64,000 nt of DNA from Deltaproteobacteria bacterium (GCA_026129095.1 JAHCIT010000001.1:122245-186244), one strand, 5' to 3'; counted from the first letter of the stretch, positions 30,303-40,297 are shown. The notes: a model not told the origin generated them from the sequence alone. Program-made: numbers and translations.

Positions 30303-31880
30303 ATGGTATCCTTTTTTGGCCGTTCAGGCGCCTGGCGGATATTTCCCCTGGCTGGCCTCTGCCTGCTGCTCGCGGCAGCTACTGTCTCTGGGCAAACGAC
30401 AGCAAGCGCCGGCGGCAGCGGCATTGACCCTGATCAGGTGGCTGCACAGGCATTCCAGCACCTCAAGGCCCGCGACTACGCCCGCGCCGAACGGCTTTTC
30501 CTGTGGATCCGTGACAGCTTCCCGGAAAGTCCCCGTGTCGTCGAGGCACTTCTCGGACTGGCCGAGGTCGAGGCAGCGAAGGGACGCACCGAGCCGGCAC
30601 GCGATCTCTTTTCGGCATTTCTCCTGAACTTTCCCGATCATCCACTGGCCCCCCGTGCGCGGTTCAAGCTCGGAAATATCGAGCGCGCCATGGAAGCAGC
30701 CACGGCTGAAAAAGCCCATTCCTCAAGACAGATTGAGCCGCTGATAGGTGCGCAGGTTCTCGTCGTTGGCGCCAGCCACCCGGACGAGGTGGACCGGATG
30801 TTCTCCGGACTGGCCGCGGCAGGCCTGAACACGATTCTGGTGCGCGTGTTTCACAACGCGGGTGACCGCTACCACGGCCTGGTTCCGGAGAAATGGCGCG
30901 ACGGCCGGACCGGTGTCTATTTCCAGACCCGCCATGCTCCGGTAGTCACCGACCTGCTCCCTCTCTACTGCAAGCTGGCACACCGGAACGGTCTCAAGAT
31001 TTATGCGTGGATGACAACACGCTATGCCGATTACGGGTTCAGCCCGGACGACTCCCGGTACGACCGGATATTTGATCTTGCCAGCCGCGAGTATGTTCGC
31101 GACAAGGGGCTCGATATCTGGAATCCGGCATCCGAACGTTATCTCGTAGCCCTTTTCCGTGACCTTGCGAAAAATCCCATTGACGGCATCCTGTTCCAGG
31201 ATGACCTTGTCTCCCGGCACACCACCGGATTTGGTGCGTCGTCCCGCGAGCGGTACGAAACCGATTTCGGTGCGAAACTCGCTCCCGACCAGCTTTATCG
31301 CGGAATCTACGGGGCAGGTAATGGCCGACACTACGTGCGCGAGTACACGCCCGGGTTCTGGCAATGGGTGGACTGGAAAAACCGGCGCATCCTGGCGATT
31401 GCGTCCATGCTTTCGGCAACGGTCCGTCGTGAGCGGCCAGATGCACGAATCGCGCTTAATTTCTTTTACGAGGCCGCAACCTCTCCCCGGAATGCACTTG
31501 CCTGGGTTTCCCAGTCGATCGAGCGGGCCGAAGAAGGCCCCTTCGACTACTATGCCATCATGGCCTACCACCGGCAGATGGCCAGTGAGCTCTCCCTGGA
31601 TGGGCCTAAAACGGCCGACCTGCTGGGCCGCATGACGGCGGGCCTCTACCGGCGCGTTGGTGACCAGTCACGGATCATGCTGAAACTCCAGGTGCGGGAC
31701 TGGAACACACGTGAACGGATCCCGCCGGAGGAGTTCCGCCCCGTCCTTGATGCGGTCCTGAAAAATGCCGCTCCCGGCGCGGGGCCTCCGTCAATAGTCT
31801 TCGTTCCGGTAGACGGGGCCGAGGATCTCTCCGCCGCCGGCGGCATGCTCAAGAGTATCGTTTACAACTCGGGACAGTGA
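30303..31880 (+). CDS. Secreted TPR plus PgaB C-terminal (GH153-like) protein
   Basis: Signal peptide; CpoB/BamD-like TPR (FPESPRVVEALLGLA, FPDHPLAPRARFKL); PgaB-C motifs VYFQTRHAPVVTDLL, KIYAWM, DGILFQDDL, WFA/WVSQ, DYYAIMAY. Confidence 0.75.
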   Translation: MVSFFGRSGAWRIFPLAGLCLLLAAATVSGQTTASAGGSGIDPDQVAAQAFQHLKARDYARAERLFLWIRDSFPESPRVVEALLGLAEVEAAKGRTEPARDLFSAFLLNFPDHPLAPRARFKLGNIERAMEAATAEKAHSSRQIEPLIGAQVLVVGASHPDEVDRMFSGLAAAGLNTILVRVFHNAGDRYHGLVPEKWRDGRTGVYFQTRHAPVVTDLLPLYCKLAHRNGLKIYAWMTTRYADYGFSPDDSRYDRIFDLASREYVRDKGLDIWNPASERYLVALFRDLAKNPIDGILFQDDLVSRHTTGFGASSRERYETDFGAKLAPDQLYRGIYGAGNGRHYVREYTPGFWQWVDWKNRRILAIASMLSATVRRERPDARIALNFFYEAATSPRNALAWVSQSIERAEEGPFDYYAIMAYHRQMASELSLDGPKTADLLGRMTAGLYRRVGDQSRIMLKLQVRDWNTRERIPPEEFRPVLDAVLKNAAPGAGPPSIVFVPVDGAEDLSAAGGMLKSIVYNSGQ

Positions 31881-31885
31881 CCGCC

Positions 31886-32473
31886 TCATACCGACTCGTC
31901 CCAAAGAACATCTCCCGTTCCCTTCCTGGAATTTTCATAGCGGGCCAGAACAAACAGCGCGTCTGACAGCCGGTTCAGGTATTTCACCACAAACGGCCCG
32001 ATACGTTCCACACGCGAGAGTGAAATAGCCTCACGCTCCGCACGACGGCAGACACATCGGGCCACATGAAGCTGGCTTGCGGCAGCCGTTCCACCGGGGA
32101 GGATGAAGTTTTCGAGTGGCTTAAGCCCTTCACTCAGCCGGTCCATGAGTTCTTCCAGTGCATCCACGTGACGGGATTCGATACGTGGGATTTTCCAGTC
32201 CTTTTTGGCCGGATCGGCGGCCCAGGCGGCCTTGTCCTCTTCAGGGATACAGAGGTCCGAGCCCAGGTTGAACAGTTCGTGCTGGATGCGGGCAAGCGGC
32301 TTTTTCAGATCCCCGGCCACATCAAGCGCAATAGCCAGCCCGATCACCGAATTAAGCTCATCCACTGTCCCGTAGGCGGCGATACGGAGCGAATCCTTCG
32401 GAACCCGCCTGCCGGTTCCGAGCCCCGTGTCCCCGCCATCGCCTGTCCGCGTATAGACTTTCGTGATCCGCAT
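31886..32473 (-). CDS. pduO: PduO-type ATP:cob(I)alamin adenosyltransferase
   Basis: MRITKVYTRTGDGGDTGL, YGTVDELNS, FILPGG, ARCVCRRAER, YLNRLSDALF; start set at ATG 32473. Confidence 0.95.
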   Translation of the reverse strand: MRITKVYTRTGDGGDTGLGTGRRVPKDSLRIAAYGTVDELNSVIGLAIALDVAGDLKKPLARIQHELFNLGSDLCIPEEDKAAWAADPAKKDWKIPRIESRHVDALEELMDRLSEGLKPLENFILPGGTAAASQLHVARCVCRRAEREAISLSRVERIGPFVVKYLNRLSDALFVLARYENSRKGTGDVLWDESV

Positions 32474-32535
32474 GCGTCTGCGACTCCTTGTCCTGGCAAG
32501 GGTGACCGGACCGGCCGGAGCGGGGCAACCTGCCG

Positions 32536-33042
32536 CTACCGCACTGCTCCCCGCAAACGCTGGAGCCCAAGAGACGGGAGTTTCTCTTCCCATGCCCGGA
32601 TCAGGTTGCTCTGGTCACGGGTCTGGGGCCCGCGCCGGTGTGAATGGACCAGTTCCATGGATTCGGTAAGTGTCCGGCCTTCGAGCGACTGGTGCAGGCA
32701 GGCCAGAACCGTTCCGGTCCGGCCGACGCCGGCCCAGCAGTGAACCACCACCGGTTCATCCTTCGCCTGGGCTTCCAGAACGAGATTATGTATGCGAACG
32801 ATATGATCCAGTGCGGGCGCCCACATGTCACTTGTTGGGAAATGCCATTCGGAAAGCGGCAGCGGCGGATGATGGGCTCCTTCGGTCAGGTTCACCACAT
32901 GACGGATTCCCCGGGATATCCAGAACTGGTGCCATGAACCGGCGACGCCGCCCGGATAAGGGCCTCCCGAACCGGCGAGCAACCCCGGAACATGCCACGA
33001 AAAGCGGAAGTCTGAATCGAGCATGGACGGCGGCTGGCTCAT
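32536..33042 (-). CDS. Dual-specificity/Cys-based protein phosphatase
   Basis: CX5R P-loop VVHCWAGVGRTG; PQTRDQ Q-loop. Confidence 0.88.
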   Translation of the reverse strand: MSQPPSMLDSDFRFSWHVPGLLAGSGGPYPGGVAGSWHQFWISRGIRHVVNLTEGAHHPPLPLSEWHFPTSDMWAPALDHIVRIHNLVLEAQAKDEPVVVHCWAGVGRTGTVLACLHQSLEGRTLTESMELVHSHRRGPQTRDQSNLIRAWEEKLPSLGLQRLRGAVR

Positions 33043-34463
33043 GGCGCCTTCAGAAGCAGCACCCGGGTCTCGGTCAGCTCGTCCATCGCCGCACGCACAC
33101 CTTCTCTCCCCTCGCCCGAGTCCTTCACGCCGCCATAGGGGAAGTTGTCCACGCGCATCATCGGGAACTCGTTAATGACCACGCCCCCGACGTCCAGTTC
33201 CCTCCATGCGCGTAGGATGCGCCCGATGTCCCGGGTAAACAGCGATGCCTGAAGGCCGAAGCGCGATTCGTTTACCCGCGTCAGGACCTTCTCGAAATCA
33301 CTGTACGGTTCCATCCAGACAACCGGACCGAACACCTCGTCGCAGGAAAGCCGTATGCCTGCAGGCATCTGGTCCATGATGGTGGGCTGGTACAGCTTTC
33401 CGTTCCGTGTTCCGCCATGATGGAGGCGCGCGCCCGCATGCCGGGCCTCATCCACCCAGGCCTCCACCCGTTTGGCTGACTCCTCGCTGATCAGCGGCCC
33501 CACGATGGTGGCCGGGTCAGCCGGGTCGCCGACGGGCAGTTTCTGCGTCGCCTCAACAAGCCTGGAAAGAAATGCGTCGTATACCTTTTCATCGACGAAC
33601 AGGCGCTGGATGGAAATGCATATCTGGCCAGCATAGGCGAACGCTCCCTGCGCGCACCTGGAGGCGGCCCAGTCGAGGTCGGCATCTGCCGCTACGATAG
33701 CAGCCGCATCTCCGCCCAGTTCCAGCAGCGACCGTTTTTTCCCGGCGAGATTCTTGAGCTTCCAGCCGACCCGGTCGGACCCCGTAAACGAAAGCGTCCG
33801 TATGCGTTCATCGGTCACCAGCTTTTCAGCCAGATCATCGGTGCAATAGACCACGCTGAGCGCGCCTGCGGGCCACGACGTCTGTTCGATGATCTCCGCC
33901 AGCAGGTAGGCCGTTAGCGGCGTCTGCCGGGCAGGTTTCAGGATGATGGGCGTCCCGGTGGCAATGGCCGGGGCCACCTTGTGCGCAACCAGATTCAGGG
34001 GAAAGTTGAACGGCGTGATGGCGGTCATCGGCCCCCGGGGGTAACGGCTCGTCAGGCATGTAAATCCCTCGGCACGCGGCTCGATATCGACAGGAATGAC
34101 TTCGCCGCCCATCCGCTTGGCTTCCTCGGCCGCGAGGATGAACGTTGTGACAGCCCGCTGGACCTCGGCGCGGGCAAACAGGACCGGTTTTCCCGCCTCC
34201 AGCATGATCATTTCGGAAAGCTCGTCGGCCCGCTCGCTGATTCCGGCGGCAACGTGGGCGAGGATATCTGCCCGGCGATGGCTGGGAAGGTTCCGCGTCT
34301 CGCGGAACGATGCGGCTGCCGCCGCCAGGGCCGCTTCCACATCGTCTGCCGTCGCCAGCGGCGCATGGCCTACCAGTCGGTCTGAATAGGGACTGCGGAC
34401 ACGGTAGATATCTGGCGAAGACCGCCACTCGCCGCCGATCCGGTTCTTGAACTTCTTGGCCAC
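33039..34463 (-). CDS. Aldehyde dehydrogenase family protein
   Basis: ITPFNFPLNL, LKPA, SFTGS, LELGG, catalytic GQICIS, EVFGP, PYGGVKDSG. Confidence 0.95.
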   Translation of the reverse strand: MAKKFKNRIGGEWRSSPDIYRVRSPYSDRLVGHAPLATADDVEAALAAAAASFRETRNLPSHRRADILAHVAAGISERADELSEMIMLEAGKPVLFARAEVQRAVTTFILAAEEAKRMGGEVIPVDIEPRAEGFTCLTSRYPRGPMTAITPFNFPLNLVAHKVAPAIATGTPIILKPARQTPLTAYLLAEIIEQTSWPAGALSVVYCTDDLAEKLVTDERIRTLSFTGSDRVGWKLKNLAGKKRSLLELGGDAAAIVAADADLDWAASRCAQGAFAYAGQICISIQRLFVDEKVYDAFLSRLVEATQKLPVGDPADPATIVGPLISEESAKRVEAWVDEARHAGARLHHGGTRNGKLYQPTIMDQMPAGIRLSCDEVFGPVVWMEPYSDFEKVLTRVNESRFGLQASLFTRDIGRILRAWRELDVGGVVINEFPMMRVDNFPYGGVKDSGEGREGVRAAMDELTETRVLLLKAP

Positions 34464-34505
34464 AGTGAACGTAAAACTAGAGCATCGGTCAGGGATTTGA
34501 AACCG

Positions 34506-34877
34506 TCAGGGCCTGCTGGTCCCGGCACGGCCGTACCGGTCTTCGTGCCGGACAACATCATCCAGTTCAGGGGTGGAAACCTCCAGAACGTCGGTATCCT
34601 CTATGGCCGTCAGCCGGTGGCGGGTGCCCGGAGCGAGATGCAGACACTCCCCTGGTCCCATTTCGAAGGTTTTCAGCGGTCCGTCGCCAGGTTCCCCAAG
34701 TTCAACACGCAGACGGCCAGAGAGGACATACTGCGTCTCTTCCTTCTTGCGGTGGTGCTGAAGAGAGAGTGCCTCCCCACGGTTTACATGAAGTATCTTG
34801 CCGGCGTAACGGGCCGTGCTCGCCCACAGGAGTTCATACCCCCACGGCTTGTCGGTTCGTATCGGTGTCGAGATCAC
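34506..34877 (-). CDS. Cupin domain protein (type II PMI C-terminal-like)
   Basis: KPWGYELLW, LSLQHHRKKEET, HRLTA, LEVSTPELDDVVRHEDRYGR; start uncertain (GTG 34877; the ORF track begins at 35006). Confidence 0.85.
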   Translation of the reverse strand: MISTPIRTDKPWGYELLWASTARYAGKILHVNRGEALSLQHHRKKEETQYVLSGRLRVELGEPGDGPLKTFEMGPGECLHLAPGTRHRLTAIEDTDVLEVSTPELDDVVRHEDRYGRAGTSRP

Positions 34878-35080
34878 GGGCCAAAGGGTGGCCGGTATGG
34901 GCGGCCCGCCGCAAGGCCGGACGTCCCGGTTTTGAAGATCCTCCGGAATCGGGACCAGCGTCTTGACCCGGCTGCCTTTTTGGGCCGAAATGGCCCCTCG
35001 GTGCATGGCCGGAGCGGCGGATTACCACATTCACTCCGGCGATCACCGCCCAGAACATCCTCACGGGAGTAACAGCAGCT

Positions 35081-36868
35081 ATGGGTTTCATGGATAACCT
35101 TCGTTCGACAGTCCAGGATCTTCAGGGGACGCTCCGCGTGGCATCCCGCCTGCCCCAGCTTCTTCCTCAGGGAAGCTGGAACTCGGCACGCCTGCTTGAG
35201 GGTTACGCGAAGGATATTCCCCACCATCTGGCCATTGCCTATGAGCAGAAGCGCTACACCTGGCGCGAGGTGAACGAGCAGGCGAACCAGTATGCCGACT
35301 ACTTCACCAAGTATGGCATCGGCCGTGGAGATGCGGTGGCCCTGGTCATGGACAACCGGCCCGAATTCCTTTTCATTATCTCCGGCCTGAACAAGATTCG
35401 CGCCATCGGTGCGCTCATCAATCACAACCTGACCGGCAAGGCGCTCACGCACGCCATCAACATCTCCAAGCCCAAGGCGGTGATCGTGGGTTCGGAGCAC
35501 CTCCGCGCCACACTTGATGTGCTCCCGGACCTGGAGGGAGTATCGAAAGACCGCAATTTCTGGGTCCAGATGGACGAGGGCGGCGGGCGGGCCGATACAG
35601 ATGGCCTGACCATCATAAACGAGGAGGTCGAACGATGCTCGCGCAGCCGTCCGCTCAACCTGAACCCTCCCAAGACTGCCGAGCCCATGTGCTATATCTA
35701 TACATCCGGAACCACGGGACTTCCCAAGGCAGCAGTCATCACCAATCAGCGCTGGATCGTCGCGTCCACGCTGTTCGGCCGCGGCATGGCGGAGGCGACT
35801 CCCTCCGATGTGATCTACATGACCCTGCCGATGTACCATTCGACCGGCATGTTCGCCGGCTGGGGTACATCGCTCACGACCGGCGCTACCATGGCGCTAC
35901 GCCGGAAGTTTTCAGCCTCGAACTTCTGGAAAGATGTCCGCGACTTTGACGCGACCGTTTTCGTCTATATCGGCGAGCTGTGCCGGTATCTTCTGAATAT
36001 GCCCCCGCAGGAAGGCGAGCGGAACCACCGGCTCCGTCTCTGCATGGGTAATGGCCTCCGGCCTGACATCTGGGAGAAGTTCCAGAACCGGTTCGGGATT
36101 CCGCTCATCCGTGAATTTTATGGCGCCACCGAAGGCAATGCCCCGCTCGTCAACTTCGAGGGCCGCCCCGGCATGATCGGACGGCTCCGGCCAGGCCAGG
36201 TCGTGCTGAAGTGCGACCAGGCAACCGGTGAAGTAATTCGGAACGAAAAGGGGATGTGCACCCCCGTGGGTCCGGGCAACAAGGGGCTCCTTGTTGCCGG
36301 CATCAATGCCGTGATGAAATTCGACGGCTACGTTGACAAGCAGGCCACCGAAAAGAAGATCCTGCGCGACGTCCTGAAAAAGGGCGACATGTATTTCAAC
36401 ACCGGAGACCTGGTGGAACTGCATGAGGGCAAATGGGTTTCGTTTGCCGACCGCGTGGGCGATACTTTCCGGTGGAAGGGCGAGAACGTGTCCACCAACG
36501 AAGTCGCCGAAATCCTGAATGGCGCCCGTGGCGTCCTGGAATCGAATGTCTATGGTGTTCAGGTGCCAGGTACCGATGGCCGTGCCGGCATGGCGAGCCT
36601 GAACGTGAACGGCGAGTTCGATCTGGGAGCCTTCGCCCAGTATGTGAACAGCCAGCTTCCCAACTTCCAGCGTCCGTGGTTCATCCGCATCCAGCACGAC
36701 ATGCGGATCACCAGCACCTTCAAGCACCAGAAGGTGGACTACCGGGACGAGGGTTATGACCCCGCGAAGGTGAAAGACCCGCTCTACTACCTGGACGGCG
36801 AGAAATATGTTCCGATTGACGCCGCGCTGTACAAGCGGCTCGCTGCAGGGGAAATCGGGCCCAGATAA
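35081..36868 (+). CDS. Long/very-long-chain acyl-CoA synthetase (FATP/FadD6 type)
   Basis: YIYTSGTTGLPKAA, LPMYHS, YIGELCRYL, EFYGATEG, FATP signature DRVGDTFRWKGENVST. Confidence 0.95.
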   Translation: MGFMDNLRSTVQDLQGTLRVASRLPQLLPQGSWNSARLLEGYAKDIPHHLAIAYEQKRYTWREVNEQANQYADYFTKYGIGRGDAVALVMDNRPEFLFIISGLNKIRAIGALINHNLTGKALTHAINISKPKAVIVGSEHLRATLDVLPDLEGVSKDRNFWVQMDEGGGRADTDGLTIINEEVERCSRSRPLNLNPPKTAEPMCYIYTSGTTGLPKAAVITNQRWIVASTLFGRGMAEATPSDVIYMTLPMYHSTGMFAGWGTSLTTGATMALRRKFSASNFWKDVRDFDATVFVYIGELCRYLLNMPPQEGERNHRLRLCMGNGLRPDIWEKFQNRFGIPLIREFYGATEGNAPLVNFEGRPGMIGRLRPGQVVLKCDQATGEVIRNEKGMCTPVGPGNKGLLVAGINAVMKFDGYVDKQATEKKILRDVLKKGDMYFNTGDLVELHEGKWVSFADRVGDTFRWKGENVSTNEVAEILNGARGVLESNVYGVQVPGTDGRAGMASLNVNGEFDLGAFAQYVNSQLPNFQRPWFIRIQHDMRITSTFKHQKVDYRDEGYDPAKVKDPLYYLDGEKYVPIDAALYKRLAAGEIGPR

Positions 36869-36907
36869 GGGACTGGAAACCCGTCGCCAGCTGCCGCAGG
36901 GAAAAAC

Positions 36908-36984
36908 TGGCGCGCCCGGCGGGACTCGAACCCACAACCTACGGCTTAGAAGGCCGTTGCTCTATCCAGTTGAGCTACGGGCGC
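36908..36984 (-). tRNA. tRNA-Arg(TCT)
   Basis: Reverse complement GCGCCCGTAGCTCAACTGGATAGAGCA-ACGGC-CTTCTAA-GCCGT...GGTTCGAGTCC...GGGCGCGCCA. Confidence 0.97.
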
Positions 36985-37072
36985 CCGGACCGGCCGTGGC
37001 CGCCCTTGACGGAACAGGGCCACCGACGCACCCTAGCCAACAGGAGTCCGCCGGGTCCACGGCTGGTCAACC

Positions 37073-37717
37073 ATGCATGGAACCACCGCCGGGATGCCGC
37101 CGCAGCCAATGACAGGTTCTCCCCACATCGACATTATCCGGACCCGGCTGGAAAGCCGGGCGCCGCAAACCCTCGACGACCCCATCCTGATTCCCGCTTC
37201 TGTGCTTATTCCGGTATTTGACCTTGATGGCCGCACCCGGATTCTGTTCACCCGCCGGGCGCGGGGGCTTGCCAAGCATGCCGGCGAGGTGAGCTTTCCT
37301 GGGGGCCGCCAGGATCCCGGCGACCGGGGCCCGGTGGAAGCCGCCTTAAGGGAAACCCGCGAAGAGCTGGGCATTGACAGCGGAAAGGTTGTGGTGCTGG
37401 GCGCACTGGATCCGATCTCGACCGTTACAAATTACCGCGTGCAGCCGTTCGTGGGCGAGATTCCGTGGCCCGTGGAGTTTCAGATGTCGGAAGGTGAAGT
37501 CGGCAGTGTGTTCGACATCGCCGTGGAGGAACTTCTCGACCCCGGCATCTATACCCTGCACCGCGAGCACGTCTGGAAGGGCCGGCCCTATCCGGTGCAT
37601 CAGTTCCGGGTGGCAGGAGAAAATATCTGGGGTGCGACGGGAAAGATCCTCGCGCAGTTTCTCCACGTCGTCTACGGATGGGGCGATGCCGAAACAGTCA
37701 TGGCCGGAAGATCCTAG
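37073..37717 (+). CDS. Nudix CoA pyrophosphatase (NudL/YeaB type)
   Basis: LFTRRA...HAGEVSFPGG...AALRETREELG; IWGATG. Confidence 0.93.
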   Translation: MHGTTAGMPPQPMTGSPHIDIIRTRLESRAPQTLDDPILIPASVLIPVFDLDGRTRILFTRRARGLAKHAGEVSFPGGRQDPGDRGPVEAALRETREELGIDSGKVVVLGALDPISTVTNYRVQPFVGEIPWPVEFQMSEGEVGSVFDIAVEELLDPGIYTLHREHVWKGRPYPVHQFRVAGENIWGATGKILAQFLHVVYGWGDAETVMAGRS

Positions 37718-37719
37718 GG

Positions 37720-38124
37720 CTACTCGCGTTCGCGGCGTGCCCGTGCCTCGGTAAGTGCCGCAGCAAGATCGCCGAAGAGCCGCTCGGTCTTCACATAGGA
37801 ATCGATCCGGGCAGCCATCTCCTCGCTCATCTCCCCGAACTTAACCCCGTAACCAAACCGTTTCTTGATCCGGCCATCCTCGACAGGGCTTCGCGTATAG
37901 ACAACTTCCACCGGAACCTCGATCACTTCGGGTATGGCCTTGAGCCGGAACCCCAATACAACCGGCTCGGCAGGATCAAGCCGTTCGTCCGATTCGATGA
38001 GTGCACCGCCCCGCGAAAGCTCGCGCATCACTGCCTCGCTGGCGGCTCCGCCGCGAATGATCATCACAGGCACGTTCACCGGCGCCCGCTTGTGCGACCG
38101 GATCCGGAAGTTCCGTTTTACCAT
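37720..38124 (-). CDS. PilZ domain protein
   Basis: RSHKR (RxxxR) and ELSRGG (D/NxSxxG-like) motifs, GYGVKF; start set at ATG 38124. Confidence 0.82.
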   Translation of the reverse strand: MVKRNFRIRSHKRAPVNVPVMIIRGGAASEAVMRELSRGGALIESDERLDPAEPVVLGFRLKAIPEVIEVPVEVVYTRSPVEDGRIKKRFGYGVKFGEMSEEMAARIDSYVKTERLFGDLAAALTEARARRERE

Positions 38125-38137
38125 GCCAGTTCCCCCC

Positions 38138-38950
38138 TCAGTCCGGGTTCCATCGCGTGCCGTTTCGCTGCGCAAAACGGACAACGGCACGGACAAACTC
38201 CGCCGCCATTTCCAGATGTCCCTGGTGACCGGCCCCTTCAAGGATAACCCGTTCCGCGACCGGAATCCTCTCCGCCAGATACTGCTGGTATTTGGGCGGG
38301 GTGAGACGGTCATGGCTTCCGCCAATAACAAGCGCCGGGACCCCGATATCCTTTACGGCTTCCATCCGGTCGAACCGGTCAGCCGCCGCAAAATCCGAAA
38401 GTGCCGGACGGTTGTCCGGGTGGCGAGGCAGGGCGAGGTAGTGATCCAGAATCGCCTCCGTAACGCCCGGACCAAAGGAAAACCGCGCCGACTCGCGGCT
38501 GACGGTGTGGTAGTTATCCCGCAAATCAGTGAATATCTGCGGACTGACCCTGAGGCGTGCCCCCGTTGAGTAGAGCACAAGACCCGCCAGGGGCGCTTTC
38601 CCCCGGAGCGCCGTCTCAATCGCCACCGCCCCGCCCATCGAATGCCCCACCAGAATTACCGGCCGGGCAAGTACGGAAAGCGCCAGTTCCAGATTTTCGG
38701 CCATCTCAATGATGCTGGTCGGCAGGCTGCCCGGCTCGCTGCCGTGACCCGGCTGGTTCACCGCCAGCGCCGAAAGCCTGCCGTCTGTTCCGGCGCTCAT
38801 CTGCCCGATCACCTGCCGGTAACTGGCCGCCTGGCCGCCCGCCCCATGATGGAAAACCACGACTGGCGCCCCGGATTCCGGCGCGAGTTCCGCCCCCCAT
38901 GCGCCAAGCAGTCCGAGCCTGAAACGCCGCCAGCCGGGAGATTCAGTCAT
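38138..38950 (-). CDS. Alpha/beta hydrolase
   Basis: FHHGAGG oxyanion loop, GHSMGG nucleophile elbow, HDRLTP, GAGH; AAGGAG RBS before ATG 38950. Confidence 0.92.
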   Translation of the reverse strand: MTESPGWRRFRLGLLGAWGAELAPESGAPVVVFHHGAGGQAASYRQVIGQMSAGTDGRLSALAVNQPGHGSEPGSLPTSIIEMAENLELALSVLARPVILVGHSMGGAVAIETALRGKAPLAGLVLYSTGARLRVSPQIFTDLRDNYHTVSRESARFSFGPGVTEAILDHYLALPRHPDNRPALSDFAAADRFDRMEAVKDIGVPALVIGGSHDRLTPPKYQQYLAERIPVAERVILEGAGHQGHLEMAAEFVRAVVRFAQRNGTRWNPD

Positions 38951-38995
38951 GGGCGTCACTCCTTAACAGGTCATCGGGTATGCTAGTGAATCTGG

Positions 38996-40297
38996 ATGCT
39001 TTCACGGTCACAACGCAAATGGAATACGCCGTGTGCGGCCATGCTCATGGTTTTCATGCTCGCCGCTTGCGGTGAACGCACCGCACCTGCACCGCCGCCA
39101 ATGGATGCACAGGCGGCACGTCTCGAACCGGTACGGCGGATGATGGCGCCTACCGATGTCCCGGATCTCAAGGATGCCCGCCGGCTCGATCCGGCGACGA
39201 TCTTCCGCTCCGTCACCGCTACGAGTGTTCTTCCCGACCCCGCCTGGGGGCCGGATGGCTACGCCGCCTGGCGGCTCTTCGACGGCGATCCTGAACTGGG
39301 CTGGTGCGCCGGGCGCCGGGCGTTGGGCATCGGCGAGGAGATCGGGATCGAGTTCCTCCATCCGGTCAGCCTGAACGGACTCACACTTACCTACCCGGAG
39401 ACTTTCTCCGGAACCGGCGGTCCAAAGGTGGCCGAAATTGAGATGGTGAATGATCAGAACGAGGCACGCCTCATCCAGTTTATTCCCGGCGAGACTGTAT
39501 CAGAAGCGAAGTTCGTGCCGGTTTCCGGACGGAGGTTCCGGCTGGTCATTCGCAAAGTGGCTGCCAGAGGCGATGCAACGCTCTGCATCGGCGAGGCAGC
39601 CCTTACGGGCCGGTCGGATGTGCTTGCCGGGCATTTCCCGGCGGAATCGGAAGCAGTCGCACAGGCCGAGGTTCGCCAGATATTCGACGAACTGGAAAGT
39701 TACCGTCAGCCCCAGATCGCCCAGCCAAAACTCTCTCGCGCCCTTGCCGGCTATTTCAGCCGCTGGATTGGTCCAGGTGAACTGGCAGCCGCCCAGCTCC
39801 TGTTCGATCACGAGTTCCGTACCGTTACCGACATGAAGCTGTCTGGCGACAACCTGTGCGCCGTTGCCGTGCGCGCCGTGACTGAGACAAGCGGCATCGC
39901 CGAGCGGCTTTTCCGGCAGAGGTATCTGGCGGGCCGGAGCGTGAAACTCCTGGACAGTTGCGGAGGCAGTCCGGATCTCGCTTACTGGGTAATAAAGCAG
40001 AACCGGCTGGCTGTGCTGCTGTTCCATGCCCGTGGCGACCGGTTTGGCGCGCTGGAAGCGGGCGACCTCCGGGCACTCCCGAAACTCCTGGAAGCATACC
40101 GGACACAAACCATGATCGGCTGGTGGAGACAGCCTGTACGCGGATACGAGACGAGAGGCCGCAGCATGGAAGAGCTTGTCCGCCTGCTGCCACGGGAGCC
40201 GGTGCGCCGCGTGCTGGACGGCCTCATCCTGCTGGAAGAAGGCCATACACTCTATTCCGACGGACTGCGTGAACTCCGGCGGATGCTGGGCCCCTGA
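38996..40297 (+). CDS. Lipoprotein with discoidin/carbohydrate-binding-like domain
   Basis: Lipobox LAAC; AWRLFDGDPELGWCAG...GIGEEIGIEF and LCIGE motifs typical of F5/8 or NADase-type glycan-binding beta-sandwich domains. Confidence 0.65.
   Translation: MLSRSQRKWNTPCAAMLMVFMLAACGERTAPAPPPMDAQAARLEPVRRMMAPTDVPDLKDARRLDPATIFRSVTATSVLPDPAWGPDGYAAWRLFDGDPELGWCAGRRALGIGEEIGIEFLHPVSLNGLTLTYPETFSGTGGPKVAEIEMVNDQNEARLIQFIPGETVSEAKFVPVSGRRFRLVIRKVAARGDATLCIGEAALTGRSDVLAGHFPAESEAVAQAEVRQIFDELESYRQPQIAQPKLSRALAGYFSRWIGPGELAAAQLLFDHEFRTVTDMKLSGDNLCAVAVRAVTETSGIAERLFRQRYLAGRSVKLLDSCGGSPDLAYWVIKQNRLAVLLFHARGDRFGALEAGDLRALPKLLEAYRTQTMIGWWRQPVRGYETRGRSMEELVRLLPREPVRRVLDGLILLEEGHTLYSDGLRELRRMLGP

Noticed and set aside
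29411-36937. Antisense ORFs 29411..30424, 29317..30255, 34874..35839 and 35912..36937
   Set aside because: They are shadows of acsA and the FATP-type ligase.
38138-38950. Alpha/beta hydrolase as the client of the orphan lipase foldase
   Set aside because: It has no signal peptide and is a generic Abhydrolase type, 12 kb away; Lif clients are secreted family I lipases.
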